DNA of 64,000 nt from Candidatus Kapaibacterium sp. (GTDB lineage: Bacteria; Bacteroidota; Ignavibacteria; Palsa-1295): contig JBBRNY010000001.1 in the NCBI GenBank assembly GCA_038229915.1, forward strand, positions 102,891 to 166,890, read 5' to 3'. Position numbers and translations under genes: made by a program. How positions within the stretch are numbered: the stretch's first letter is position 1; each line of letters opens with the position of its first letter. Shown piece by piece: positions 28,125 through 38,320 of this stretch. The notes beneath the pieces were generated by a model that was given only the letters and a program-made list of their open reading frames with translations, was not told the origin of the DNA and searched no databases.

Positions 28125-31100
28125 ATGACTTCACGTCGTTCAATTATGTTAAGCTTGATGCTCGGGGCTTTCCTGAGTGTTACTGGTCTTAACACTGCTT
28201 ATGCCCAAGTCCCGCGTAGTATATCCTACCAGGGGCTATTGATCAAAGCCAATCAGCCTGTTACAGCACAGGTCAATGTCAAGATCAATGTATACAATGC
28301 AGCGGGTCAGGTTCTCTATACAGAGACCATGAATCAGGTGCAGGTAAACAATGGTATTTTTAATGTGCTTCTCGGCGGCAACGCAGGTAACTTGCCATCA
28401 AACTTGAAGTTTGATGAACAATACTACCTCGGCGTTGATGTCGATAACACCGGTGAAATCTCGCCGCGTACTCCTTTCACTGCTGCTCCGTATGCCTTGA
28501 ATGCGCAGACGGTCGGTGGTGTTGGTGTTTCTGTTACTCCGCAGCCTGGCATGTTGTTGCCATTGGATGCTAACGGAAAGATCCCTGCTTCGGTATTGCC
28601 ACAGGCAACCCAGGCAATTGACAACATCAACGGTGTGACCGGTGATGTGTCAGGCAAACTCAATCTTACAGGTGATGGCACTATTACCGTTACCAGCAAC
28701 CCTGCAACAAACACCATTAAGTTGGGTTTTGCTGGCGGAACTGGCAATGGCATTAAGCACATCATGACAGGACCAGGACTCACCGGCGGCGGATCTGACA
28801 CAACTGTCGAGATTCACGTTGCTGATAACGGTATCGTCACCAACATGATCGGAACCGGCGTAGTAACCGGAATGAAACTCGATCAGTATGTTGCTGGTAT
28901 CGGACTTGGCCAAGATATTCTCGGAAACTTGAATATCAACTATAACAAGACCTTAACCATCGTTGGTAGCAACTTAGACACTTTAGGTCTAAATCTTGCT
29001 AATCCAAACACATGGACTGGTTTGCAGACCTTCAATGGCGGTATCACCGTAGGTGGTACAACGACACTTGTAGGACCTGTAATCATTACTGGTAACACAA
29101 CTCAGACTGGCAACTACTCATTGAACGGTAATTTCTCCGTCAAAGGTATTGCTGAGCCAAATGCTCTTAACGGCGCTGCAGTTGCCAATTACGAGATCAT
29201 CGATACCGGTGATTTACGTGTGTTGGGCTTCTCGTACTTGAATGGTAACACCGACATCAATGGCTCGATCCAAAACTCGTCAGCCAATAACGGTGGTGCA
29301 GTATTCATTGCAGACCCACAAGGTTTGACAAACAGCACTGGTAATATCACCAACACTGCTGGTAACATTGTCAACACACTTGGTAACATCAACAACCTTG
29401 CTGGTAACATCAACAACACTGGTCAGATCAACAACACCGGTGCTTTGAATGAAATCGGTATTTCTACTTTGAATGGCAACCTCATTCAGGGTAACGGTAC
29501 TGGCACAACAGCTACTTTCCAGAACAACAGTGCTATCTTTAACTTGACAAACTCTGGTACCAATGGTAACAGTGTTATCGTTAATGGTACTCCTGAGCCA
29601 AACGTTGGAAGTGCTGCTCTTGTACAGAACTATGATCTTACAGACAATGGTGACCTTCGCGTCACAGGTACTTCTAACCTTATTGGTAATACCTTCTTGA
29701 ACCAGACATTGACTGTCGCTGGTGTAACAACCACCAACATTTTGACCAACACTGGTGCATTCACCAACACTGGCACATTTACCGAGACTGGTGCTTCGAC
29801 CTTCAATGGTACGATCAACCAGACTGGTGCTGCTAACACTGTTACTTTCGCTGGACCAACAACGATCAATAACACATTGAACGTCACAGGTCTTTCGACA
29901 TTGACTGGTGTAACCAACAACGGTACATTGACCCAGAGTGGTGTCATCACACAAACAAGTCTTGGTGTCGCACCGAACAATACATTGCTTTCAACTAACT
30001 TCACTGGTAACGTTTTGATCAGTGGTACACTTAGTAACGCAGGTAATGCAACACTCGGAACAGGTGCTGGAACAACAAACACGCTCGGTAATGCTGGAAG
30101 CAGCACCAACACGATCACCGGTTTGAACAACCAGATCATTGCAACCAATACCAATACGATCACCGGATTGATCAACAATATCAACGGTACAACGAATATC
30201 AATGGTAACACACAGATTAACGGTACACTTGGAACTACAGGTAACGTTACTCTCGGTACAGCAAGCACAACAAACACCTTCGGTGCTGTTGGAAGCGCTA
30301 ACCGCTTTAACGGTGTATCGAACTTCGGTTCACTTCCAGCTGGTAACGGTAATAAGTTGATCGTTGATGGTATTCCTAATACCTTGGCACCAACTGCACC
30401 GACAAACTTGCCTCCTGGCTTTGTACAGCCTACTGATTACGAACAGATCATCAATGGTGACCTCTTAGTAACCGGTTTCTCAAACTTGAGAAGCGCAACG
30501 ATCGGTGATCTCTTGGTCACAAACTCTTTCACACTTCCTGCTTCAGCAAGCTTCTGCGCAAACAACATTCAGGTTGCTCAGTTGTCTTCATGGTGCGGTG
30601 GTGCAGCTGGTGCAGCGATTGCTGTTAATACAGCTTTCAACCAGAACAGCCTCGGAACAAGTGCTTTTAACACATTCCTTGGTACGAACTTCACAGGTAA
30701 TGTTGCTATCACAGGTGGTTTGTCTTCAACTGGCAACACTTCGCTTGCAACTCTTCCTGGTTCTTCAGCTACACTCGGAAATAGCACAGGCGCAACAATC
30801 GTCAATGGTAGCACTGTTACTGTAAATGGTCCAACGACCATCAATGGTACAACCGCTCACAATGGTAGCATCACTCAGACTTCAGGTAGTGCTCAGTTCT
30901 TGAATACTCAAGTTAACGGTACACTTGGTTCGACTGGTAACGTTACTCTTGGTACAGCGAGCACGACCAACACGATCGGTGCTGCTGGTGCAACGAACAC
31001 CTTGACCGGTTTGAACAACCAGTTGCTTGCTACTGCAGCAAACACATTGACTGCACCTCAGAATAACCTCAACGGTGTTTTGAACCAAACTGGTAGCTCA

Positions 31101-31580
31101 AACTTCACTGGTGGTACAACAACGTTCACCAACAACCCTGTTGTCTTGAACAACTCGAACATCAACGGTAGCAATAACAGTAATATCAGCAATGTAACTA
31201 CTGTTCAGGCTAACGTCAGCATGACGATCGGTGTTGGTACACAGGCAACTACATTGACAAGCACCAACACAACGGGTGCTGCCATCAACCAGCAGTTGGC
31301 TTCAGTTGGCGGTAAGATCCCGGTTTATCTCCGTCAGATCTCGCAGTTCACTGGTGTCGGTGGTGGACCAAACGGTGGTGCAGTTACACCTGTCATCAAC
31401 TTTGGTGCTAATGGCTTTGATAACAACGATGCTATCACAGTTACCTACTACACACGTAACGGTGCACAGTTCGGACAAATGTATCCGGTTAACATCAACG
31501 CTGTAGCAGGAACGCTTCAGGTTGAGTCAACCAATCCATTGGATGTCAACACTGTACAGGTTGTAATCTTAAGAGACTAA
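28125..31580 (+). CDS. Giant (1151 aa) secreted Thr/Asn/Gly-rich repetitive beta-rich fibrous protein (surface fibril, S-layer or adhesin candidate)
   Basis: Signal peptide ending AYAQ. About 150-aa N-terminal globular domain. Hundreds of NxTG/NTxTGxxN short repeats, including five tandem 7-aa (21-nt) units, three larger modules starting ..NY(D/E)...GDLRVTGxSNL, and a ~75-nt internal duplication. Globular C-terminal ~90 aa. Codon use strongly biased (GGT, AAC, ACT/ACC, GTT). Confidence 0.7.
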   Translation: MTSRRSIMLSLMLGAFLSVTGLNTAYAQVPRSISYQGLLIKANQPVTAQVNVKINVYNAAGQVLYTETMNQVQVNNGIFNVLLGGNAGNLPSNLKFDEQYYLGVDVDNTGEISPRTPFTAAPYALNAQTVGGVGVSVTPQPGMLLPLDANGKIPASVLPQATQAIDNINGVTGDVSGKLNLTGDGTITVTSNPATNTIKLGFAGGTGNGIKHIMTGPGLTGGGSDTTVEIHVADNGIVTNMIGTGVVTGMKLDQYVAGIGLGQDILGNLNINYNKTLTIVGSNLDTLGLNLANPNTWTGLQTFNGGITVGGTTTLVGPVIITGNTTQTGNYSLNGNFSVKGIAEPNALNGAAVANYEIIDTGDLRVLGFSYLNGNTDINGSIQNSSANNGGAVFIADPQGLTNSTGNITNTAGNIVNTLGNINNLAGNINNTGQINNTGALNEIGISTLNGNLIQGNGTGTTATFQNNSAIFNLTNSGTNGNSVIVNGTPEPNVGSAALVQNYDLTDNGDLRVTGTSNLIGNTFLNQTLTVAGVTTTNILTNTGAFTNTGTFTETGASTFNGTINQTGAANTVTFAGPTTINNTLNVTGLSTLTGVTNNGTLTQSGVITQTSLGVAPNNTLLSTNFTGNVLISGTLSNAGNATLGTGAGTTNTLGNAGSSTNTITGLNNQIIATNTNTITGLINNINGTTNINGNTQINGTLGTTGNVTLGTASTTNTFGAVGSANRFNGVSNFGSLPAGNGNKLIVDGIPNTLAPTAPTNLPPGFVQPTDYEQIINGDLLVTGFSNLRSATIGDLLVTNSFTLPASASFCANNIQVAQLSSWCGGAAGAAIAVNTAFNQNSLGTSAFNTFLGTNFTGNVAITGGLSSTGNTSLATLPGSSATLGNSTGATIVNGSTVTVNGPTTINGTTAHNGSITQTSGSAQFLNTQVNGTLGSTGNVTLGTASTTNTIGAAGATNTLTGLNNQLLATAANTLTAPQNNLNGVLNQTGSSNFTGGTTTFTNNPVVLNNSNINGSNNSNISNVTTVQANVSMTIGVGTQATTLTSTNTTGAAINQQLASVGGKIPVYLRQISQFTGVGGGPNGGAVTPVINFGANGFDNNDAITVTYYTRNGAQFGQMYPVNINAVAGTLQVESTNPLDVNTVQVVILRD
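29340..29445 (+). repeat. Five tandem 21-nt (heptad GNIxNTx) coding repeats inside the giant gene
   Basis: ggtaatatcaccaacactgct / ggtaacattgtcaacacactt / ggtaacatcaacaaccttgct / ggtaacatcaacaacact... Confidence 0.7.
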
Positions 31581-31690
31581 TTGAACGACGTTCCACGGTT
31601 TGAGATCTCGGGACACTACTTTGCAGTATGCCCCGAGAGCTCAGCCGGGAATTAACAAACAGATTTTTCTACGTCAGAGAGAGTTCACGA

Positions 31691-31718
31691 AAAACCCCGT
31701 CAATGCGACGGGGTTTTT
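31691..31718. terminator. Strong bidirectional rho-independent terminator
   Basis: aaaa ccccgtc aatgc gacgggg ttttt. A second weaker hairpin (tctcggg...cccgaga) lies at ~31596-31630. Confidence 0.8.
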
Positions 31719-31744
31719 CATTTAATACGATTTGTGTTAATAAA

Positions 31745-32575
31745 TTAGGAAAGAAGGATATTCCAGGCAGCTTCTATATCATTATGCTCGATCAACTCTT
31801 TTGCGCGTAGATGGCGATTCTCGAGTGTTTCGCTACTTTGAGGAAGGATTGATGCACTAGGGATTTCATCTACTTCTAAGAGCCTTGCAAGGTCGTTTCC
31901 TGTGAGATAGGCACTCGTCTTGATCTCCTGAGGTAAGCTATCAAACCCATTCCGAATTGCGGTAGGTTGACTGAGTTCAAATAAGCCTTGTGCGGCACGA
32001 GTGTACCACGAGCCACCCATTCTTGCAACCTGATCCATTGCTCGGGGGTCTATCTGATCTTTATCGTTGATCACATCCTCACGAACGTGTATCATCATCA
32101 CCTCGCAGATCAACATATTTGCGCTGCCGGGCCTGTGATCAAAATCTATATGTTGCAGTAACTTTGCTTCCATAACAAAAGGACTTTCAGCAACTCCCGG
32201 AGGTTTTACTTTCAGGGAGGGGAGTTTGGTAAATCCTGCTTTGACAAATTCATCCACACCACGTTCATATGGAGCTGAGGCCAGGCTCATTTGATGAACC
32301 ATATCATAACTGACGATAGAGATCGTACATTCTTTCGTTTCAAGGATATTCAGAAGTGTGTCTTTCGCAGCGCCGGTCTTTCCGCTATAGGCGGGACTAA
32401 AACAAACTACCGGAGGGTTGGCACCGAATGCATTAAAGAAACTGAATGGCGCAAGATTCACATTTCCATTACTATCTATCGTTGAAACAAATGCTATGGG
32501 TCTTGGGGCAATGCCACCGAGAAGCAATCGATGAGCTTGTGGAAATGGTAATTGGGAAAGATCAAATGTTTTCAT
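31745..32575 (-). CDS. Flavin reductase-like (FMN-binding split-barrel) protein with C-terminal extension
   Basis: Flavin_Reduct pattern (LLLGGIAPRPIAFVST.D..G..NLAPFSFF). Confidence 0.65.
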   Translation of the reverse strand: MKTFDLSQLPFPQAHRLLLGGIAPRPIAFVSTIDSNGNVNLAPFSFFNAFGANPPVVCFSPAYSGKTGAAKDTLLNILETKECTISIVSYDMVHQMSLASAPYERGVDEFVKAGFTKLPSLKVKPPGVAESPFVMEAKLLQHIDFDHRPGSANMLICEVMMIHVREDVINDKDQIDPRAMDQVARMGGSWYTRAAQGLFELSQPTAIRNGFDSLPQEIKTSAYLTGNDLARLLEVDEIPSASILPQSSETLENRHLRAKELIEHNDIEAAWNILLS

Positions 32576-32597
32576 GCACTACAATTTTGTAATGCAA

Positions 32598-33362
32598 TTA
32601 AAGCGACAATGCGGTAATAAGAATTCCCCTTAGCACCAGAGAAGGATCGACATAATTAATAATACTTGTCCTTCCCGAAAATAGTTGTGAGAGGCCTCCA
32701 GTGGAAACGACAATTATTTCCTGGCCAGTAAAGACTTCCTCGTGCAAGCGCGCGACCAACCCTTCGATAGATGCGAGCGAACCATAGAGGATGCCGGATT
32801 GCATAGACTCGACCGTATTAGTACCGAGAACGTGAGGTGGGAATTCTAACGTAATGTTCGGCAATTGGGCGGCTATTGAAGAGAGATGTCTTGCGCTTGA
32901 TTCGACACCAAGAGAAATAATACCGCCAAGATATTCGCCACTCTTATTGACACAATCAAAGGTTGTCGCTGTTCCGAGATCGATAACGATCAAAGGTTTA
33001 TTTTTCGACCTCGCATACAAATGATACCCAGCAAGCGCAGAAAGTAAGCGATCAGTACCGACTTGTTCGGGGTGTCGGTAACGATTGACGATCGGTACAT
33101 CGTTATTGTGAATCACTGTGATCGTCGCCGTAATGAGAGAAGTGGTAATAACAAGACGCAAATTATCAACGGCATCAGGTACAACGGAGGCGATGACTAC
33201 ATTCTTGATCTCGTGTAACGTTTTTAGCTTTTGCTGTAGCTCCTGCGCATTTACTCCGAAGATGATCTCACTCGTGGGAAATGCAAACGCGCTGATAAGC
33301 TCAGTAGCGTCGAAGACTCCGAAGGTGACCGACGAGTTGCCAATATCAACAGCTAAGATCAT
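32598..33362 (-). CDS. coaX: Type III pantothenate kinase
   Basis: MILAVDIGNS...N-terminus plus the GTATTFD and ASIEG motifs of the Bvg accessory factor/CoaX family. Confidence 0.85.
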   Translation of the reverse strand: MILAVDIGNSSVTFGVFDATELISAFAFPTSEIIFGVNAQELQQKLKTLHEIKNVVIASVVPDAVDNLRLVITTSLITATITVIHNNDVPIVNRYRHPEQVGTDRLLSALAGYHLYARSKNKPLIVIDLGTATTFDCVNKSGEYLGGIISLGVESSARHLSSIAAQLPNITLEFPPHVLGTNTVESMQSGILYGSLASIEGLVARLHEEVFTGQEIIVVSTGGLSQLFSGRTSIINYVDPSLVLRGILITALSL

Positions 33363-34120
33363 AAAGGGAAAGTAATAGTTGCGGTTTGTAGCGTATGTTC
33401 TTCACCAGTTGCAGTGCGAATGATGATCGCGCCGTTATCGCTCACTCCGCGAATCGTTGCGCTCTCATAAGTTCGATCATCGGATGTAGTGACGGTGATC
33501 GCAACATCGCCCATCCAAGCAAGCTCTGCTCTGAGATCATGGAGTAGTCGCTGACGATCATGATAATGTTGTAGTGTATATTGCATGGTGGCAAGCAACA
33601 GATCGCGAGCATCATTGAGGGGTAATGTATATTGCAAAACCGATTTCAAGCCGATGGCTTTTGTCGCGACCGATGTAGCAAAATAATCCTGATTGACATT
33701 TATCCCGATGCCGATCACGATTCCGCGCAATGAGTTTCCATTCCAGACAGCCTCACTGAGGATACCGGAGATCTTTTTCCCGTCGAGCAAAATATCATTT
33801 GGCCATTTGAGTTGAACTCGTGACGGGTCAAAAAATCGGAGTTCACGTTCGAGTAGCGACCGTATCGTTGCAAGGACTGTTAGTCCGGTCAGAAACTGCA
33901 TCAGGTCGATTATTTCGAGTGCTACTTCGGTTAAGACGATCGAAAGAAGAAGATTTGTGCCGGGCTCGTCATACCATTCTCGCCAATGATATTGTCCTCT
34001 GCCGCTGGATTGATGTAGCGCCACAAATACATCACCATGGCGCGCAATGCCACCGTCAAGCTGCTCGCGGGCTAGCGTTTGGGTCGAAGGAAGCTCGGAG
34101 TATGTTTGGACATTCCACAT
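33359..34120 (-). CDS. birA: Biotin--[acetyl-CoA-carboxylase] ligase
   Basis: Catalytic GKKISGILSE and GIGINVNQ motifs. No N-terminal HTH, so a group I BirA. Overlaps coaX by 4 nt. Confidence 0.8.
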   Translation of the reverse strand: MWNVQTYSELPSTQTLAREQLDGGIARHGDVFVALHQSSGRGQYHWREWYDEPGTNLLLSIVLTEVALEIIDLMQFLTGLTVLATIRSLLERELRFFDPSRVQLKWPNDILLDGKKISGILSEAVWNGNSLRGIVIGIGINVNQDYFATSVATKAIGLKSVLQYTLPLNDARDLLLATMQYTLQHYHDRQRLLHDLRAELAWMGDVAITVTTSDDRTYESATIRGVSDNGAIIIRTATGEEHTLQTATITFPL

Positions 34121-34196
34121 TATAGATTAATAAAACACCATTTTCCGAAAGCCGTGCCGAACTAAAGAGGCTTTCAATCTATTATTTTACACGAAT

Positions 34197-35642
34197 ATGA
34201 TAGTGTATAAATTCGGCGGAGCGACCACTCGCTCGATCAGAGGCTTGCAGCGGATGGTGCAGATCATTCGCCGTACTTATGATGAACAAGAACGTAAACG
34301 TGCACGCTCACGCAGTGCAGACCCACATATTGGGTTGGTAGTCGTTGTCTCCGCAATAGGCCACACGACACGTCGTCTGCGTTCAATTGCCGAAGACGCA
34401 GAAGCGGGAAAAGGTCTTTTTGCCGGCGAAACTCTCGAACGCCTCGTTGAACGACATTTACAGCTTGCCGAATCTCTCGAGCTTTCCGACAAGGCGTATG
34501 CAAGTGTCGTGAAGAATATCAACCACCTTGCAGAAGAGATCGCAAAGCTTGTCGAAGGGGTCACCATCACCAAAGAACTTTCGAATCGCACCCTCGACGC
34601 TTTTCTTTCAAAGGGAGAATACTTTGCTTCGGCGCTCATTGGTGCAATGCTTTCCGATGGTGAAATATCAACCGAAGTAGTTGATGCCAAAACGATCGTC
34701 ATTACTGATGCGCAGTATAGCTCGGCGATACCGAACAATCTAGCGATCAAGGAGCGATGTAACTCGCGACTCTTGCCACTACTTCAAAAAGGGAAAGTGG
34801 TCTTGACACAGGGCTTTATCGGTGGCACGACCGATGGTGATGTGACGACCATGGGATCGGAAAGTTCTGATCTCACAGCGACACTTCTCGGCAGAGCACT
34901 CGCAGCGGAGGATGTGGTGATCTGGAAATCTGTTTCCGGTATTTATACTGCAGACCCTGAGTATATAGCTCGTGCAAAGCCGATACGACATCTTTCGTTC
35001 GAAGAAGCCGATGAACTTGGTCGGCGGGGTGTGCGTGCGTTATTTCAAAATGTTGCACAACCGCTTCTTGATGAAGAAGCACGAGAGAAGACCATCGTTC
35101 GGGTTACTTCTGCCGGACCTAAATCGCTTCGCGGTACGACAATTTCTTCGTCGATCGGAAGCGGAGTTCGTACCCCACGACCGATAGCTCTCGCGCTCGA
35201 ACAAAACATTACAACGGTCTATGTAAAAGCAGCTTCTGATCAGGATTCGAAGCGCAAAAAAATTTCGCGAGAAGCGCAGATCGCCTATAATAAAACGCAA
35301 GGCATTCCATCGTTTGCGCTCAATCGCGCATTTTATTATTGGGCAAGCGACACCGAACTCACCATCTGTTTCCGTCGTGACGAACGGCGTTCACTCTTTC
35401 GTGAACTCAAAGACGCCGGTTATGAGTTGCAGGAAGAACGACCGCTGGCGGCACTTTCGATGTTGGTCAGGACACGTGATGCGGCGCAAGATCTTACTGC
35501 TATTCGTGCAAAACTATTTCGGTCATTAAGAAATTTCCCGGTTCGTGCGGTACTTCCGGTTGAAAGCAGTTTGGTAGTACTGCTTGACGAACATCGAGCG
35601 GTAGAAGCATTAAAAAAACTCCATCGCGATTTTTTTGAATAG
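34197..35642 (+). CDS. Aspartate kinase
   Basis: Amino-acid kinase fold (VYKFGGATT; GSESSDLTATLLGRALAAEDVVIWKSVSGIYTADP) with C-terminal ACT-like region. Confidence 0.7.
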   Translation: MIVYKFGGATTRSIRGLQRMVQIIRRTYDEQERKRARSRSADPHIGLVVVVSAIGHTTRRLRSIAEDAEAGKGLFAGETLERLVERHLQLAESLELSDKAYASVVKNINHLAEEIAKLVEGVTITKELSNRTLDAFLSKGEYFASALIGAMLSDGEISTEVVDAKTIVITDAQYSSAIPNNLAIKERCNSRLLPLLQKGKVVLTQGFIGGTTDGDVTTMGSESSDLTATLLGRALAAEDVVIWKSVSGIYTADPEYIARAKPIRHLSFEEADELGRRGVRALFQNVAQPLLDEEAREKTIVRVTSAGPKSLRGTTISSSIGSGVRTPRPIALALEQNITTVYVKAASDQDSKRKKISREAQIAYNKTQGIPSFALNRAFYYWASDTELTICFRRDERRSLFRELKDAGYELQEERPLAALSMLVRTRDAAQDLTAIRAKLFRSLRNFPVRAVLPVESSLVVLLDEHRAVEALKKLHRDFFE

Positions 35643-35647
35643 AATTG

Positions 35648-36289
35648 ATGATAGAGATAAAAAAATATTTAGTATTGGTATTGCTGATGGTACTTGGTTG
35701 TCAAACGTCTTCCGAGCCGCCAGCAACGGCTACTTCTTCAGACTATTTACCGTTAGAAATAAATAACCGGTGGATATATTTACGTGAGAGATATTATCGT
35801 GGTACTCTTTTAAATACGGATACGCTGACGGTAACGGTTGTCAGTTTTGATAGTGTGCTCAAAGCATGGAAGGTTGCGCGTGTTTCGCCTACGGCAACTG
35901 ATACATTAAGTATTCAAAAGATAGATGATAGCCATTATCGTTTTGCTCGATCGGGTACAAATGTATTTTTATCATTGATCTCGATCTCACCCACATCAGC
36001 ATCGGCAATGCTCTTGCCGACGAAGGCTGATGGCATCAACTCAAGCCAAGAAACATCGTTAATTTCGGACTCGTCATATAATACCAACACCAGTAAACGT
36101 ATTCATCAACACTTTATGCTTTATGGTGTCGATAGTGTTACGACGTTACAATTAGATTTTGAACATAGCTTTGTGCGCGGAGTCGGACAAGTACATGCAG
36201 CGTTTATTTCGGATATCAATCAGTGCTTAGTCTGCTCGCTCCGTTCGGAATTTTATACATATCGTTTGATAGATCATACCATACAATGA
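35648..36289 (+). CDS. Hypothetical lipoprotein
   Basis: Lipobox LVLGCQ. No family recognised. Confidence 0.4.
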   Translation: MIEIKKYLVLVLLMVLGCQTSSEPPATATSSDYLPLEINNRWIYLRERYYRGTLLNTDTLTVTVVSFDSVLKAWKVARVSPTATDTLSIQKIDDSHYRFARSGTNVFLSLISISPTSASAMLLPTKADGINSSQETSLISDSSYNTNTSKRIHQHFMLYGVDSVTTLQLDFEHSFVRGVGQVHAAFISDINQCLVCSLRSEFYTYRLIDHTIQ

Positions 36290-37149
36290 GCCTAGAAGAA
36301 CTTTCTATTATTGTTTCAGCGCTTGACGAAGATACCGGAAGCGGCGACCCGACGACTGAGGCAACGGTCGATCCAACCATCAACGGCACAGCTTTTTTTC
36401 TTGCAAAAGAAAATGGTATGCTGTCGGGGATAGAGTATGCTTGTGAAGTTTTCAATGTATATGCAAAGCGAAGTGATCGCGAGGCGGCCGTTACGCATCA
36501 AATAATCATTCAAGATGGAACACCTGTTAAAATTGGTGATAGAGTTGCCGTTATATCCGCACCGCTTGATATTATTCTTACAGCGGAGCGTGTCGCACTG
36601 AATATTTTACAACGAATGTGCGGCATTGCCACTATGACCGCACAGTTTGTTGAAGCGATCAGAGGAACAGGAGCAACAATTCTCGATACTCGAAAGACGG
36701 TGCCGTTGCTACGCCCATTTGATCGGTATGCGGTCAAGAGCGGCGGCGGAAGCAATCATCGTTATTCACTCGGTGATATGATTCTTGTCAAAGATAATCA
36801 CATTGCTGCCAACGATATGAATATTATGTTGGTCATCGAAAAGCTCCGAACATATTTCAGTACTCGAACGAAGATCCCTGTTGAGTTGGAAGTGACAAGT
36901 CTTGCTCAGTTTGCTATCGTGCAAGAATTTGGAGTAGGAATAATAAATAGGGTATTGTTCGATAATTTTAAACTTGAAGACTTACGCCAAGGCGTCGTTC
37001 TCAATAATGGAGTGTTTGAAACAGAAGCCTCGGGCGGAGTGAATCTTTCGACAGTTCGCGAGATCGCCGAGACGGGTGTAAACTATATTTCGGTCGGTGC
37101 ATTGACTCACTCGGTCAAAGGTCTTGATATTTCCTTAGAGGTCGAATAA
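36286..37149 (+). CDS. nadC: Nicotinate-nucleotide pyrophosphorylase (quinolinate phosphoribosyltransferase)
   Basis: QPRTase N- and C-terminal TIM-barrel domain pattern (ILDTRKT.P, VKDNHI, EASGG). ATG at 36286 overlaps the upstream stop (ATGA). Confidence 0.8.
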   Translation: MSLEELSIIVSALDEDTGSGDPTTEATVDPTINGTAFFLAKENGMLSGIEYACEVFNVYAKRSDREAAVTHQIIIQDGTPVKIGDRVAVISAPLDIILTAERVALNILQRMCGIATMTAQFVEAIRGTGATILDTRKTVPLLRPFDRYAVKSGGGSNHRYSLGDMILVKDNHIAANDMNIMLVIEKLRTYFSTRTKIPVELEVTSLAQFAIVQEFGVGIINRVLFDNFKLEDLRQGVVLNNGVFETEASGGVNLSTVREIAETGVNYISVGALTHSVKGLDISLEVE

Positions 37150-37154
37150 AAATA

Positions 37155-38156
37155 TTAACTGGCGTTCTCAATATCTTCGTAAAGTGCTTCAAGAAGAGCC
37201 TCTTTATTAATTGGGATAATTCCTAATTCTTCTACGACCAACCCAGCGGCACGGTTGGCGATCATCGCGGCTTCGCGGACCGATGCGCCGCAAGCTTTCG
37301 CGACAGCAAGCGTGGCGATCACCGTATCTCCTGCGCCTGACACATCAGCAACTTCTCGGGCTGTTGTCGGTATCGAAAATGGCTCGCTTTCGCCGCGCTC
37401 GAAGAGCAACATCCCTTTTTCACTTAATGTCAAAAGAAGATTGTCGGCGTTAAGCATATCGAGTAATTTAATACCCGCTTTTTTAATTTGATCATCGTTC
37501 GATAACCGAATACTCAGTGCGTCCTCGATCTCTTTTTTATTCGGCTTGAAGACACAGACCGATTTGTATTCAAAAAAATTATCGTGCTTCGGATCAACAA
37601 AGATCGGCACGTTATTTTTTTGTGCAAGTAAACAGATCCGACCGATCAACGCTGCCGATAACACCCCTTTGTTATAATCTTCGAGTATGATACCATCGAG
37701 GCTTTCGATCTGATCATGAAGAATGCTAAATAATTTTTCTTCGACCGTTGCCGATATCGGATGTTTATTTTCATGATCGACTCGAAGCATTTGCTGTGAA
37801 CCAGCGATGACCCTTGTCTTAACCGTCGTTGGTCGGTCTGGGTCGGAAATGATACCTTCGGTCGATAGACCTATTTCTTGCAACAGTGTACGAACCCGAT
37901 CACCTTTGGAGTCATTACCGACCACACCAAGTAATAGAGGCGTTGCCGAAAGTGTATGAATGTTGTGACCAACATTTGCGGCACCACCGAGGCGTGCTTC
38001 TTCGCGGTGAATATCAAGCACCGGCACCGGAGCCTCGGGCGACATTCTCGAGACTGTACCGAATAAGTAGCGATCGAGCATAAGATCGCCAACAACGGCG
38101 ATTCGAGCCTTGGAAAAGGCTTTTGCAAGCGATTCTATAAGTGTTTGTGACAACAT
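37155..38156 (-). CDS. hldE: D-glycero-beta-D-manno-heptose-7-phosphate kinase (HldE/RfaE domain I, PfkB family)
   Basis: IAVVGDLMLDRY..G...R.SPEAPVPV N-terminus and C-terminal DVSGAGDT motif; kinase domain only. Confidence 0.7.
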   Translation of the reverse strand: MLSQTLIESLAKAFSKARIAVVGDLMLDRYLFGTVSRMSPEAPVPVLDIHREEARLGGAANVGHNIHTLSATPLLLGVVGNDSKGDRVRTLLQEIGLSTEGIISDPDRPTTVKTRVIAGSQQMLRVDHENKHPISATVEEKLFSILHDQIESLDGIILEDYNKGVLSAALIGRICLLAQKNNVPIFVDPKHDNFFEYKSVCVFKPNKKEIEDALSIRLSNDDQIKKAGIKLLDMLNADNLLLTLSEKGMLLFERGESEPFSIPTTAREVADVSGAGDTVIATLAVAKACGASVREAAMIANRAAGLVVEELGIIPINKEALLEALYEDIENAS

Positions 38157-38320
38157 TGAGATAGCATTTCCCCAAAAAACACCACGAATATGACTAAAAT
38201 TGCCTAATTGGGGCTTCGGTCAAATCTATTTGCCCTACTGTCGGCTCCCGTAACCTTAACGGTTCTAATACGTTGTAACGAGCTACGGTAATAAGGGTTT
38301 CGGGAAGGTTTTGAATCCCT

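Noticed and set aside
28424-30844. Several long antisense or off-frame ORFs (28424..28801-, 29280..29954-, 29630..30277-, 30505..30825+, 30578..30844-) inside the giant gene
   Set aside because: They are a product of the extreme low-complexity ACN/GGT/AAC-rich repeats, which leave other frames open. The plus-strand frame with the signal peptide and consistent codon bias is the real gene.
38157-38320. tRNA- or ncRNA-like sequence (ggttttgaatccc resembling a T-loop) in the hldE/CPS divergent intergenic region
   Set aside because: I could not assemble a full cloverleaf (acceptor, D- and anticodon arms) on either strand. It is more likely a divergent promoter region. An ops/JUMPstart element (GGCGGTAG) was also sought and not found.
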